64,000 nucleotides of DNA from an uncultured Pseudomonadota bacterium (lineage in GTDB: Bacteria; Pseudomonadota; Alphaproteobacteria; JACZXZ01). Location: NCBI GenBank assembly GCA_963749075.1, contig CAVVLJ010000017.1, positions 608,001 through 672,000 on the forward strand, written 5' to 3'. This document shows, piece by piece, positions 11,056-20,239 of this stretch. The notes under the pieces were generated by a model. The model did no database searches. It saw only the letters and a list, made by a program, of their open reading frames with translations, and was not told the origin of the DNA. The number at the start of each line of letters is the position of its first letter. Position 1 is the stretch's first letter. Made by a program: the position numbers and the translations under genes.

Positions 11056-11219
11056 ACGCCGGAAGCGTCGTAAGGGAAAGGGGCGGGCGAAACGTCACGG
11101 CTTTGCTGCCCCTCGCCTTGCCCCGCGAGCCTGCTCTCCGCAAGCATAAACGGGGTTAGGGGGCAGCCGCCCCCCTGTTCCCGGAGAAAGCCTCTTCGAC
11201 TCGGCATCGTCTGCCGCGA

Positions 11220-12026
11220 TCAGCCCTGGGCTCCCTTATTGCGCCAGGCCTTACCGCCGATCCACACCAGCATCGCCAACCCGATCAGCGGGAAGAGCAG
11301 GATGTAGGCAAGTGCCACGAACGGCGCGGCGAGGAACATGACCATATTGTAGAGGGACCGGCCGATGGTCCTGCCCGCCTTCTCCTGGCCCGCCGCCCCG
11401 GGTGCCGCTAACGAAGCCCTCCGCTTGCGCCAACCCTGCACGGCCGTCCGGGCCAGCAAGCCCAACCCGATGAACGGGAAGAGCGCGATGTAGGCGAGCG
11501 CCACGAACGGCGCGGCAAGGAACATGGCGACGTTGTAGAGGGACCGGCCGATGGTCCTGCCGGCGCTCTCCTTGCCGACCGCTGCGGGCTGCGCCGCTCC
11601 GCCGGGCTCCGGCGCCGCAACGGCAAGCTGCGGCAGCGTTTCCGCGGGAGGCGGCAGCGCTGGCGCAACAGCGGCATCCAGGCTCGTCTCGATCATTTCC
11701 GGGGTAAGCGGCTTGCGCAGGAACGCGCGCACGCCGGCGGCCTCCGCGCGCGCCTGATTCTCGGCCGTGCCATAACCGGTGATGATCACGACCGGAGTCC
11801 ACGGGCGCTTCGCACGCAGCTGCTCCGCCACCTCGAGCCCGTCCATTCCCGGCATCTTGATGTCGGTGAACACGGCCTCGTAGTCCTCTTGCGAAACCTT
11901 GTTGAGCGCCACCTCGCCGTTCTCGGCGCTGACAACCACATAGCCTTTCCGAGTGAGTACCCGGTCAAAGCTCTTGCCGATGACTGGATCGTCGTCCACC
12001 ACCAACACTTTTCTGATTGCGTTCAT
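11220..12026 (-). CDS. Response-regulator receiver with duplicated C-terminal hydrophobic segments and no DNA-binding domain
   Basis: VLVVDDD, FTDIKMPGMDG, ITGY, FLRKP; then two copies of AGRTIGRSLYNxxMFLAAPFVALAYIxLFPxIGL. Confidence 0.85.
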   Translation of the reverse strand: MNAIRKVLVVDDDPVIGKSFDRVLTRKGYVVVSAENGEVALNKVSQEDYEAVFTDIKMPGMDGLEVAEQLRAKRPWTPVVIITGYGTAENQARAEAAGVRAFLRKPLTPEMIETSLDAAVAPALPPPAETLPQLAVAAPEPGGAAQPAAVGKESAGRTIGRSLYNVAMFLAAPFVALAYIALFPFIGLGLLARTAVQGWRKRRASLAAPGAAGQEKAGRTIGRSLYNMVMFLAAPFVALAYILLFPLIGLAMLVWIGGKAWRNKGAQG

Positions 12027-12051
12027 GGCTTTCTCCTCTTCTTGCAGCGGG

Positions 12052-12501
12052 TCAGGAGGCGAGACTGCTCGTCTCTCCGTAGGGTTCCATTGTCGCGCCG
12101 GGGCTCCAGAGGTCCTTGCGCAGCGACCATTTCTTCTGGGTTACCGCGCCGCTGGCGGCGGTGATGACCTCGGACGGACCGACCGGCTTGGCGAGATAGT
12201 CGTAAGCGCCCAGCCGCACCGCCTCTTTGGCACTCTCGACGGTGGGATAGCCCGTGATCACGACCACCTCGCTTTGCGGGCACGTTTGCTTGATCGACTT
12301 CAGGACCGTGAGGCCATCCATGCCGGGCATGCGAAGGTCGACCAGCACGACATCGAAGCGCTTGTGCTCCAATGCCTGCAGCGCATCCTCGCCGCTCGCG
12401 GCGGCTTCCACGTTGTAATGGGCGGCCTGCAAGGACCTCTGAAAGCTGAGACGCACCACTTCGTCGTCATCAACGACCAGAACTTTGATTTGCTCGCTCA
12501 T
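12052..12501 (-). CDS. Stand-alone response-regulator receiver protein
   Basis: VLVVDDD, VDLRMPGMDG, ITGY, YLAKP; AAAGGG RBS before ATG 12501. Confidence 0.88.
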   Translation of the reverse strand: MSEQIKVLVVDDDEVVRLSFQRSLQAAHYNVEAAASGEDALQALEHKRFDVVLVDLRMPGMDGLTVLKSIKQTCPQSEVVVITGYPTVESAKEAVRLGAYDYLAKPVGPSEVITAASGAVTQKKWSLRKDLWSPGATMEPYGETSSLAS

Positions 12502-12546
12502 GTCGGTCCCCTTTGGCACCGGTTCGCTACTCTCGCCTTCATGTAT

Positions 12547-12563
12547 CGCAAGGCGCGTGCCAG
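12547..12563 (-). promoter_or_regulatory. Sigma54 (-24/-12) promoter for the leftward receiver-cytochrome genes
   Basis: Minus strand CTGGCACGCGCCTTGCG matches TGGCAC-N5-TTGC, about 45 nt before ATG 12501. AT-rich stretch upstream with IHF-like TTTCAACGGCTTA at 12711-12723. Confidence 0.8.
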
Positions 12564-13193
12564 ACCGAGCAGCCAGAGGAGATCGTCATATTATTCAACA
12601 TACTAGACGCAAGAAGCGGAGCCCGAGCCGGCAGGCGACCCCGGCGAGAGCGGCCGATAAGTATAAATTCCTTGTACACTCGCCGGCCTCGACCGATGTT
12701 GGTTCTTGTATTTCAACGGCTTACGACGATCGCGGGGCGATCGAATTCTTATACAGTCAGCCCCCGCAATGGCTCGCTCTCGCGGGCGAACCGGCAGAAT
12801 CCTCCAGCGGGTCGAGGACCCAACGTCAACCGTCCATCCAGCCAGCCGTCCAATGATTTGCGAATGATGCCGTGCCGGCGCCGCCGCCGGGTCGACGAGT
12901 TTCCAAGCGCACGGCACTGCCGGCGACTTCGAACGCTGTCGCCATCTCCGGCTCGCCGCAACCGGGCAGCTCGAAAGATATCGGGTGGCCGCGCCGCAGC
13001 GATCCTTCGCCCTGCGCTCGAGAATATTGGGCTTTACCCTGATCGCGATTGGCTCGATGCTGGTGCTCGCGATTGTCGGGTTCTGCGACGGCCTGTCACG
13101 AGCGTAATCGCGCCGAATGAGAGCGATCGCGTGGAACCGCCCAAGTGGGAAGCGGCGATCTCGGGCCGCCCCACCAACCGTCGAGGCTCTGCC

Positions 13194-14306
13194 ATGGAAC
13201 GTCTTATGCTCGCCGTCCTGCTGTCGGTGGCGCTGCTGCTCGCTTGGGACGACCATGCGTCGTCGGCAGCGGATATTGCCGCGGGCAAGATGGTGGCCAA
13301 GCAGCAATGCGCAGCGTGCCACGGCCTGGATGGCAAGGGCATTGCCCCGGGGATCCCCAACCTGGCGGGACAGCGCGACAGTTATCTGCTTGCCGCGCTG
13401 AACGAGTACAAGCAAGGCCTGCGAATTCACGCCGCCCTGACGACGATGGCCGAGCGCCTGAGCAAGGCGGACGAAGAGAACGTGGTTGCCTATTACGCCA
13501 GCCTGCCGCCGGTCGCGGCCGCGGCAGAAAAGCAGCCGGAAGCCGTTTCTCCCTATGAGCACGGAAAGGCGCTGGCGCAGGCCTGCGTTCGGTGTCATGG
13601 CGAAAACGGCAACAGCACGACTCCCGGCACGCCCAGCTTGAGCGGCCAGCAGCCGGGCTATCTAAGCACCGCGATCCAGGAGTATCTCACCGGAGCGCGC
13701 GAGCCCGCCCCGATGCACGCGCTGATACGGGGCCTGAAGGGACTGGATGTGGAGAGCCTGGCGCTCTATTTCGCCTCCCAGACCCCGGTGCCGCGTCCCG
13801 CGCCGGCCATCGGCAATGCTGCGGCAGGCGAGCCGCTCACCGGCCTGTGCGGCGGATGCCACGGCTTTCACGGCGTGAGCACCGATTCGGCGACGCCGAG
13901 CCTGGCGGGCCAGGATCCCCAGTATCTCGTGAACGCCGTCAAGGCCTACCGCTCCACCCGCAAGTATGCGCCGATGCAACGTGCCGTCGCCGGCGTCAGC
14001 GACAAGGACGCCGAGGACATCGCAGCATTCTACGCCGTCCAGAAATTAACCCCGGCCGAGCACGGGCAGGCGCTGGTTCAGGATCTTGTCGACAAATGCA
14101 ATCGCTGTCACAGCCCTGAGGTGAACAATCCGACGCTGCCGATCCCGCATATCAGAGGGCAGGACGAGGCGTATCTCGCCATGGCGATGAGGACGTACCG
14201 CGAGGGCAAGCGGCAAAGCTCCGTGATGCACAACATGATCTTACCCTACGGCAACGCCATCATGGAAGGCTTGGCTTCCTATTATGCCAATCAGCCGCCG
14301 GACTAA
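13194..14306 (+). CDS. Four-domain cytochrome c4/c553-type periplasmic protein
   Basis: Start MERLMLAVLL with signal peptide; CAACH, CVRCH, CGGCH, CNRCH, each followed by a PxLxGQ..YL-like motif. Confidence 0.9.
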   Translation: MERLMLAVLLSVALLLAWDDHASSAADIAAGKMVAKQQCAACHGLDGKGIAPGIPNLAGQRDSYLLAALNEYKQGLRIHAALTTMAERLSKADEENVVAYYASLPPVAAAAEKQPEAVSPYEHGKALAQACVRCHGENGNSTTPGTPSLSGQQPGYLSTAIQEYLTGAREPAPMHALIRGLKGLDVESLALYFASQTPVPRPAPAIGNAAAGEPLTGLCGGCHGFHGVSTDSATPSLAGQDPQYLVNAVKAYRSTRKYAPMQRAVAGVSDKDAEDIAAFYAVQKLTPAEHGQALVQDLVDKCNRCHSPEVNNPTLPIPHIRGQDEAYLAMAMRTYREGKRQSSVMHNMILPYGNAIMEGLASYYANQPPD

Positions 14307-14611
14307 ACGTCGTCCGACAAGCCTCGATGCGCCCGCGATCGACGTAAGCCGTTGACACGAGAATCGCATCCGAGATATGAGGGAGAGCAACTCGATGCGG
14401 CACATTGTGCGATTGGGGCGAGCGAAACGTGGTTCCCCCCGCCGGGCGACGCAGGCACCAGAAGCGCCGGCGCCGCGCGCAATTGGCCGCTCTCATCGGC
14501 CGCTTTGCCTCAGCGCAATTGGTGACACAGGGTACTTGAGTCCGATGAGGTACCCGTGAACCCTTCCGTTTCCCGGCCGGCGGGACAGATGCTTCAGCGC
14601 CAAGCGAAATC

Positions 14612-15922
14612 ATGAAGGACTTGAACGATCCGGCTCCCCGCAAGGGGCTCGTCGCGCGCGCTCTGGCCGTCATGCCGCTGTGCCGTACGCCTCTCACCCT
14701 CGCGACATCCGTCATTGCGGCAAGCATCCTCGGGATGCCGTTCCTGGTCGGCTATTCGCCGAGTGCTGCAGCTCAACCCGTCACGATCCAGCCCGGCAGC
14801 GCCGAGGAGCTCCGAGCCGTGTTCGCCAACGCCGAGGACGTGGCGGACGGCAAGCACCTCGCGGACACCTCCTGCGCCAGCTGTCACGGCGCGATCGGTA
14901 TCAGCGCCAAGCCGGGCGTGCCCAATCTCGCCGGCCAGCGGCCAGCCTACCTTTACCTCGAGCTGAAGGCCTACCAGTCGGGTGCGCGCGGCGACAGCGC
15001 GATGAACGACGCCGTCAAATTCCTGAGCGACGCCGCGCTGTTCAAGGTGGCCGCCTACTACGCCAGCCTCGATCCCGCAGAGCCCGGTGCGGCGAGCGGC
15101 GCGAAGCCCCCCGCTGCCGAGGCCGATCCGGTCCAGGCCGGCAAGGCCGCAGCGGCCGGCTGCGCCGGCTGCCACGGCGAGGCCGGCGTCAGCAAGACGG
15201 CGGGCATGCCGAGCCTCGCCGGCCTCGACCCGAAATACCTCGAAGCAAGCATGCAGGCCTACAAGGGAGGGCAACGCAAGAGCGAGCTCATGAAGCCGAT
15301 GGTCGCGGCGCTCGGCGATGCGGATATGAATAACATTGCGCTCTACTATGCGCTGCAAAAGCCCGCCCGGGCCGAGACCCCAGCGGCCGGAGACCCGGCC
15401 GCGGGCAAGGCCGCGGCTGCAAGCTGTGCCGCGTGCCATGGCGACCACGGCGTCAGCGCGAACCCAGCATTCCCGAGCCTCGCCGGTCAGGATGCGGAGT
15501 ACTTCGCGAGCGCGCTCCACGCCTATAAGGACGGCGGCCGCGAAGACGAAACAATGAAAGGCCAGGCGGCGTCGCTTGGCGACGGCGCCATCAAGGACCT
15601 GGCGGCCTATTACGCGAGCCAGCAGCCGCAGGAGCCGAAGGTGCAGAAGCCCCTGAGCGCCGCCGAATGGGCGCAGAGGTGCGACCGCTGTCACGGCGTC
15701 AACGGCAACAGCACCGATCCGAGCTTGCCGGCCTTGGCCGCACAGCGCGCGGACTATCTGGAAAAAGTGTTGCATGCCTACCGGACGGGCGCGCGCAAGA
15801 GCCCGCAGATGGCCGCCATGTCCGGCGCGCTGGCCGACGAGGATATCGAGAACCTGGCGGCCTACTACGCGCGCCAGAAGGCGCGCGCCGTCGTGTACGT
15901 GATGGTGCCGCTCAAGAAGTGA
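14612..15922 (+). CDS. Second four-domain cytochrome c4/c553-type protein
   Basis: CASCH, CAGCH, CAACH, CDRCH with PxLAGQ motifs and distal Met; start may be a later codon. Confidence 0.9.
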   Translation: MKDLNDPAPRKGLVARALAVMPLCRTPLTLATSVIAASILGMPFLVGYSPSAAAQPVTIQPGSAEELRAVFANAEDVADGKHLADTSCASCHGAIGISAKPGVPNLAGQRPAYLYLELKAYQSGARGDSAMNDAVKFLSDAALFKVAAYYASLDPAEPGAASGAKPPAAEADPVQAGKAAAAGCAGCHGEAGVSKTAGMPSLAGLDPKYLEASMQAYKGGQRKSELMKPMVAALGDADMNNIALYYALQKPARAETPAAGDPAAGKAAAASCAACHGDHGVSANPAFPSLAGQDAEYFASALHAYKDGGREDETMKGQAASLGDGAIKDLAAYYASQQPQEPKVQKPLSAAEWAQRCDRCHGVNGNSTDPSLPALAAQRADYLEKVLHAYRTGARKSPQMAAMSGALADEDIENLAAYYARQKARAVVYVMVPLKK

Positions 15923-16063
15923 GCGGGCCGCGGGGATCGTAATCCGGGGCCGGTGCCGCGTCCGGCGCATTGGCCGTAGCGAGCAACACCGAGGCCGCAG
16001 CGCCTAAGCCGCCGCATGAGCCCTGCCCGTGCGCTCCGGCTCGCAAGAGCGAAGGAACCGACC

Positions 16064-16852
16064 ATGAGTGATGTGCGACTGCACCGGCTTTATCATCATT
16101 TTTCGGAGCTGCCATATAGCCAGCGCGTCGTGTACACGGCGACGCTCCTCATATTCGGGCTGGGCTACCTCTTCGCCTTGACCTACGTCTATCACACCTA
16201 CGCCGGGCGGGCCGGAGGGAACCCCAAGATACTGTCGTACGAGGACCTCGTCGTCGCCTACAGCGGCAGCGGAAAGGGCTCGCGACTCGAGACGGCCCTG
16301 CGCGGACCGATGTCGACCATGCTGCCGCGCGACGAGCTCGACTCCATCATCGCCTGGGTGCGCCAAGGTGCCACGAGGGCAAAATACGAGACAGACATCA
16401 AGCCGGTGCTCGACAAGCGGTGCATGGCCTGCCACGACGGCAGCAATCCGCACCTTCCGAACCTGAACGGATACGAGAACCTGACGAAAATGACCGAGCA
16501 GGACACCGGCGCCAACGTCTTCACGCTGGTGCGCGTGTCGCATATCCACCTGTTCGGCGTCACCTTCATCTTCTACATCATGGGCATGATCTACAGCCAC
16601 GCCTACGTGCGGCCCGTGTGGTTCAAGTGCGCCGTCGCCGCAATGCCGTTCCTCTGCGTCTCGATGGATGTCAGCTCTTGGTATTTCACCAAGCTCTATC
16701 ATCCGTTCGCCCTGCTCGTGATGCTCGCCGGTGCCCTGATGGGCGCCTCCTTCGCGCTCATGTGGGTCACGTCGATGTATCAGCTGTGGTTCTCCAAGAC
16801 GCCTTCGCCGGTCGCCCTGAGGGAGAGCGGCGATATTCCCAACGTTGACTGA
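16064..16852 (+). CDS. Integral membrane protein with one heme c motif, function unknown
   Basis: N-terminal TM helix, periplasmic loop with CMACH, then VRVSHIHLFG and three more TM helices; AAGGA RBS. Confidence 0.75.
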   Translation: MSDVRLHRLYHHFSELPYSQRVVYTATLLIFGLGYLFALTYVYHTYAGRAGGNPKILSYEDLVVAYSGSGKGSRLETALRGPMSTMLPRDELDSIIAWVRQGATRAKYETDIKPVLDKRCMACHDGSNPHLPNLNGYENLTKMTEQDTGANVFTLVRVSHIHLFGVTFIFYIMGMIYSHAYVRPVWFKCAVAAMPFLCVSMDVSSWYFTKLYHPFALLVMLAGALMGASFALMWVTSMYQLWFSKTPSPVALRESGDIPNVD

Positions 16853-17021
16853 GTGCAACCGGGGAAATCCTCGGATCGCTACGTCCGAGGAAGCGTCGCC
16901 CTAGCGATAGGGCGTTCCGGCGCGCCGCACTCCGGCCGCAAATCCGATACGGCCCCCGCGCCGCTTACCCGGAGCGATGCCGGGCTTGCCCGCTTGAGCA
17001 GCCGCACCCGCGCCGGGGCCG

Positions 17022-17405
17022 CTACTTCGCCTTCTCCTTGAGAAAGGCGATGACGTCCTGGATGTCTTGATCGCTCTTGAGAGCGCCGGCCAACATCTTG
17101 GTGCCGGGAACGTCGGCCTTCGGGTCCTTGAGGAACTTCGCCAGGCTCGCCTCGTCCCAGGTGATGCCGGACTTCATCATGGCATCCGAGTATTTGAAGC
17201 CTCCGCCCGTGCCCGCCTTGCGTCCCATGACGCCGTTGAGGCTCGGGCCCATCCCGTTCTTGCCTTGATCAAGGCTGTGGCAAGCCTTGCATTGGCCGGT
17301 GAAGACCTTCTCGCCGTTCGCCACATCGCCGGCCGCAAGCGCCTCGCCGGCCGCTACGGAAAACGCCAGCGCGGTCGTGAGCGCAACGAGGTTAAGCTTG
17401 AGCAT
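17022..17405 (-). CDS. Cytochrome c2 (class I), copy 2
   Basis: Signal peptide, GDVANGEKVF, CKACH, GPSLNG, FKYSDAM, PGTKM. Confidence 0.92.
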   Translation of the reverse strand: MLKLNLVALTTALAFSVAAGEALAAGDVANGEKVFTGQCKACHSLDQGKNGMGPSLNGVMGRKAGTGGGFKYSDAMMKSGITWDEASLAKFLKDPKADVPGTKMLAGALKSDQDIQDVIAFLKEKAK

Positions 17406-17488
17406 TTCTCTCACCCTTTCAAGATCGCGGCGCTCCCGGTCGCCATCGGTCGCGCGGCAATTGAGCACCCGCAGCTGCGTTGGGGAAG

Positions 17489-17873
17489 CTACTTCGCTTT
17501 TTCCTTGAGGAAGGCGATGACGTTCCTGAATGTCCTGATCGCTCGAGAGCGAGCCGGCCAGCATCTTGTTGCCGGGAACTGCGGCCTTCGGGTCCTTGAG
17601 GAACTTCGCCAAGTTCGCCTCGTCCCAGCTGATGCCGGATTTCATCATCGCATCCGAGTACTTGAAGCCCGCGACCGAGCCCGCCTTGCTTCCGACGATG
17701 CCGTTAAGGCTCGAGCCCATCCCGTTCTTACCCTGATCGAGGCTGTGGCAAGCCTTGCAATGGCCGGCGTAGACCTTCTCGCCGTTCGCCACATCGCCGG
17801 CGGCGAACGCTTGGCCGATGGCGAGGGAAAGCGCAAGCGCGGCCGTGAGTGCTACGAGGTTCGACTTCAGCAT
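17489..17873 (-). CDS. Cytochrome c2 (class I), copy 1; +1 indel near 17523
   Basis: Close paralog of copy 2 (CKACH, PGNKM). Removing one base restores DVIAFLKEKAK-TAG as in copy 2. Confidence 0.88.
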
Positions 17874-17971
17874 TGTTCGTCCCCCTTTGAGATCGAGTTG
17901 CCTTCGGTTTCCATCGGCCGGGCGACAGTCCCGGCCGATGTTGCGGCGGCGATCAAGGCGCCAGGCAGGCA

Positions 17972-18386
17972 TCAATTGTCCTTGGCGCCCTGAAATATCC
18001 AAGTCCAGATGGCATTGCGATCGCAGCTCGACAGCTGCTTCTTGCCGTGCGGCATGCGGAGTTCGGGCGAGGCGCGCCAGTTGAGCAGCCACATCAGATT
18101 GCTGGCATCCGGATCGTGGGGCACGACCATTGGCCCGAACTTGGTGCCCTTCAACAGTCCCGCGTAAGTCGTCAAGTCCAGCCCGCTCTTGTCGTATCCC
18201 TCGCCGCCCGGTTGGTGGCAGGAGATGCAGCGTCCCTTGAAGATCGGGAAGATATCCTCGGAGAAGCTGACCGTATCTTGCGCCGCGCACGCCTCGCGTG
18301 ACCGCATCGTCAGATTCTGCGGCCGCCGCGGCTAGAGCGAGAGCGGCGGCGAAGATCGCGGCGTGGTATTTTCTCATGACCGTCAT
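17972..18386 (-). CDS. Small exported monoheme cytochrome c (planctomycete cytochrome C-like domain); +1 indel near 18313
   Basis: Signal peptide MTVMRKYHAAIFAAALALAAA in one frame; VSFSEDIFPIFKGRCISCH...LDLTTY...RMPHG...WIFQGA in the next. Confidence 0.75.
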
Positions 18387-18603
18387 CTTTCATCAGCCCC
18401 GGCGCCTCAACGATCCATCGCCGCCGAATGCTCCCCGTGCGGCTCGCGGCGCATTCCCCGAATGGCGACTACGCCTTTGTAATTGAAGCGCTTATCGGCA
18501 ATCGGCAGTTTCCATGGGTCGGCGCGGTCTTTGTAGTGCCAGGGCCGTAGAATCGGGTCATACCAGAAGACTTTCTCGTTGCCGCGCCGCGAGCGGCGCG
18601 ATC

Positions 18604-20094
18604 CTATGCCGCTCTCAGCGGCTTCCTGTTGCCCGTCCCCTCCGTCCGTGGTGCTATGGCCTCCGCCAGATCGGCGACTCCTTTGCGGATGTCCGCCTCC
18701 GACAACGCCCCATATCCCAAGAACAACGTGTGATTGGCATTTTCGCACCACGCGCGCTCCTCCGCGACGAGATCCGGCAAGGTGCAGACGCCGACCTCGC
18801 TCGCGCGCGCCAATCGCCGCACCTCGGGTGCCGGCGGGAAGCCGGGCGGCAGGAACCACGCCACGTGCGCCCCGGCCTCGGTACCGGCGAGCCGGACCTC
18901 GCCGAAATGTTGGCGCAGCGCAGCCCATAGGCCATCGCGCCGAGCCAGATGGATCTTGCGGACGCGGCGCAGGTGGCGGGCAAAGCCGCCGCTCTCGATG
19001 AATTTGGCCAGGCTGACTTGCTCGAGCCACGCCGGGCCATTCCCGACGAGCGCCTTGAGCGAAAGCATCGGCGCCACCAGCTCGGGCGGCACGACCATGT
19101 AGGCCAGGCGAAGCCCGGGGCCGAGCGTGCTCGTAAAATCGCCGACGAAGACTACCGTCCCAGCGACATCGAGGGCTTGCAGCGGGGCCGGCGGCACGCC
19201 GCGGTACCAAACGCCGCTGCCGCATTCGTCCTCCAGGATATGAGAACCGGCCTGCCGGGCCCATGCGATGAGGCGCTTGCGCCGTGCCGGCGGCAACGTG
19301 CCCCCCACCGGATATTGGTGCATGGGCGCGACATAGGTGAGCGTCACCGGACCGTGCGGCAGGCGATCCACGTCCAAGCCATGCTCGTCCACCGGCACCG
19401 GCACCAGCTCGGCGCCCTGGCTCGCCAGCGCTCTCGCCACCTCGTCCGGGCAGGTACATTCGACGACGACGCGGCTGCCGCGCGGGGCGAGATGGCGGGC
19501 CAGGATGTAATAGGCTTGATGGCGATTCGAGACGATCACGATTTGCTCCGGCGGCACGGCTATGCCGTGGCTCACGATCAGCCAGTCGGCGATGGCCCGG
19601 CGCAGGCATTCGAGGCCGGGCGGCGGATCGAATGCGACCCGCGCGCGGTAGTGCTCGATGGAGGGCAAAATGAGCTTCCGCCAGACCTTGAGCGGAAAGA
19701 GCTGGCCATCGAAGTGACGCGGGTCGAAGTCGATGGCGGGCGGAGCCGGTACCACCATTTGCGCTGCGCCGCCGCCTCGCTCGCTCCGCGATGCCGTCTC
19801 GCGTCTTGCCTTGTCCGCGCCGGCGCCCGGGCGCCTCGCGATCGCGTCGGCCGGCGGCTCGCTGCTGACGAAGGTGCCGACGCCAGGCCGCGTCTGCAGA
19901 TAGCCTTCGGCGATCAGCTGCTCGTGAGCCAGGAGTGCGGTCGTCCGCGACACGCCGAGCTGCTCGGCCAATTGGCGCGTCGCCATCATCGGCGCCCCGG
20001 GCTTCAGGCGGCGCTCGGCGATGAGCGCCCGCAGCTGCTCGTAAATCTGCACCTGCAGGGGCCTGGTCGAGCTGCGATCGATCTTGAGCACCAT
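18604..20094 (-). CDS. MocR/GabR-family regulator (GntR HTH plus PLP aminotransferase-like domain)
   Basis: PLQVQIYEQLR..., LGVSRTT, EGYLQTRPGVGTFV, HQYPVG, ILEDE, PGLRLAYMV. Confidence 0.9.
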   Translation of the reverse strand: MVLKIDRSSTRPLQVQIYEQLRALIAERRLKPGAPMMATRQLAEQLGVSRTTALLAHEQLIAEGYLQTRPGVGTFVSSEPPADAIARRPGAGADKARRETASRSERGGGAAQMVVPAPPAIDFDPRHFDGQLFPLKVWRKLILPSIEHYRARVAFDPPPGLECLRRAIADWLIVSHGIAVPPEQIVIVSNRHQAYYILARHLAPRGSRVVVECTCPDEVARALASQGAELVPVPVDEHGLDVDRLPHGPVTLTYVAPMHQYPVGGTLPPARRKRLIAWARQAGSHILEDECGSGVWYRGVPPAPLQALDVAGTVVFVGDFTSTLGPGLRLAYMVVPPELVAPMLSLKALVGNGPAWLEQVSLAKFIESGGFARHLRRVRKIHLARRDGLWAALRQHFGEVRLAGTEAGAHVAWFLPPGFPPAPEVRRLARASEVGVCTLPDLVAEERAWCENANHTLFLGYGALSEADIRKGVADLAEAIAPRTEGTGNRKPLRAA

Positions 20095-20170
20095 GGACGG
20101 GGCTCCTGACGACGGTCACTTGGTCTCCGAATGTCGGGATCGTCTTTAGACCCGTCGAGGCAATCGAGCA

Positions 20171-20184
20171 TTGATGTGCATCAA
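20171..20184. promoter_or_regulatory. Perfect FNR/FixK box upstream of the MocR-family gene
   Basis: TTGAT-GTGC-ATCAA, intergenic. Confidence 0.8.
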
Positions 20185-20239
20185 CACCGCACAGCAAGCG
20201 GCGCTCGCGCTTCGCATCAAGCAAAGAGCAGAGCGTCAG

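Noticed and set aside
12513-13193. Long N-terminal extension of the c4-type ORF
   Set aside because: Overlaps the sigma54 promoter region; the signal peptide begins at ATG 13194.
17022-18386. Apparent 454-aa multi-cytochrome fusion in the ORF track
   Set aside because: Produced by two indels; it resolves into three separate genes, each with its own signal peptide.
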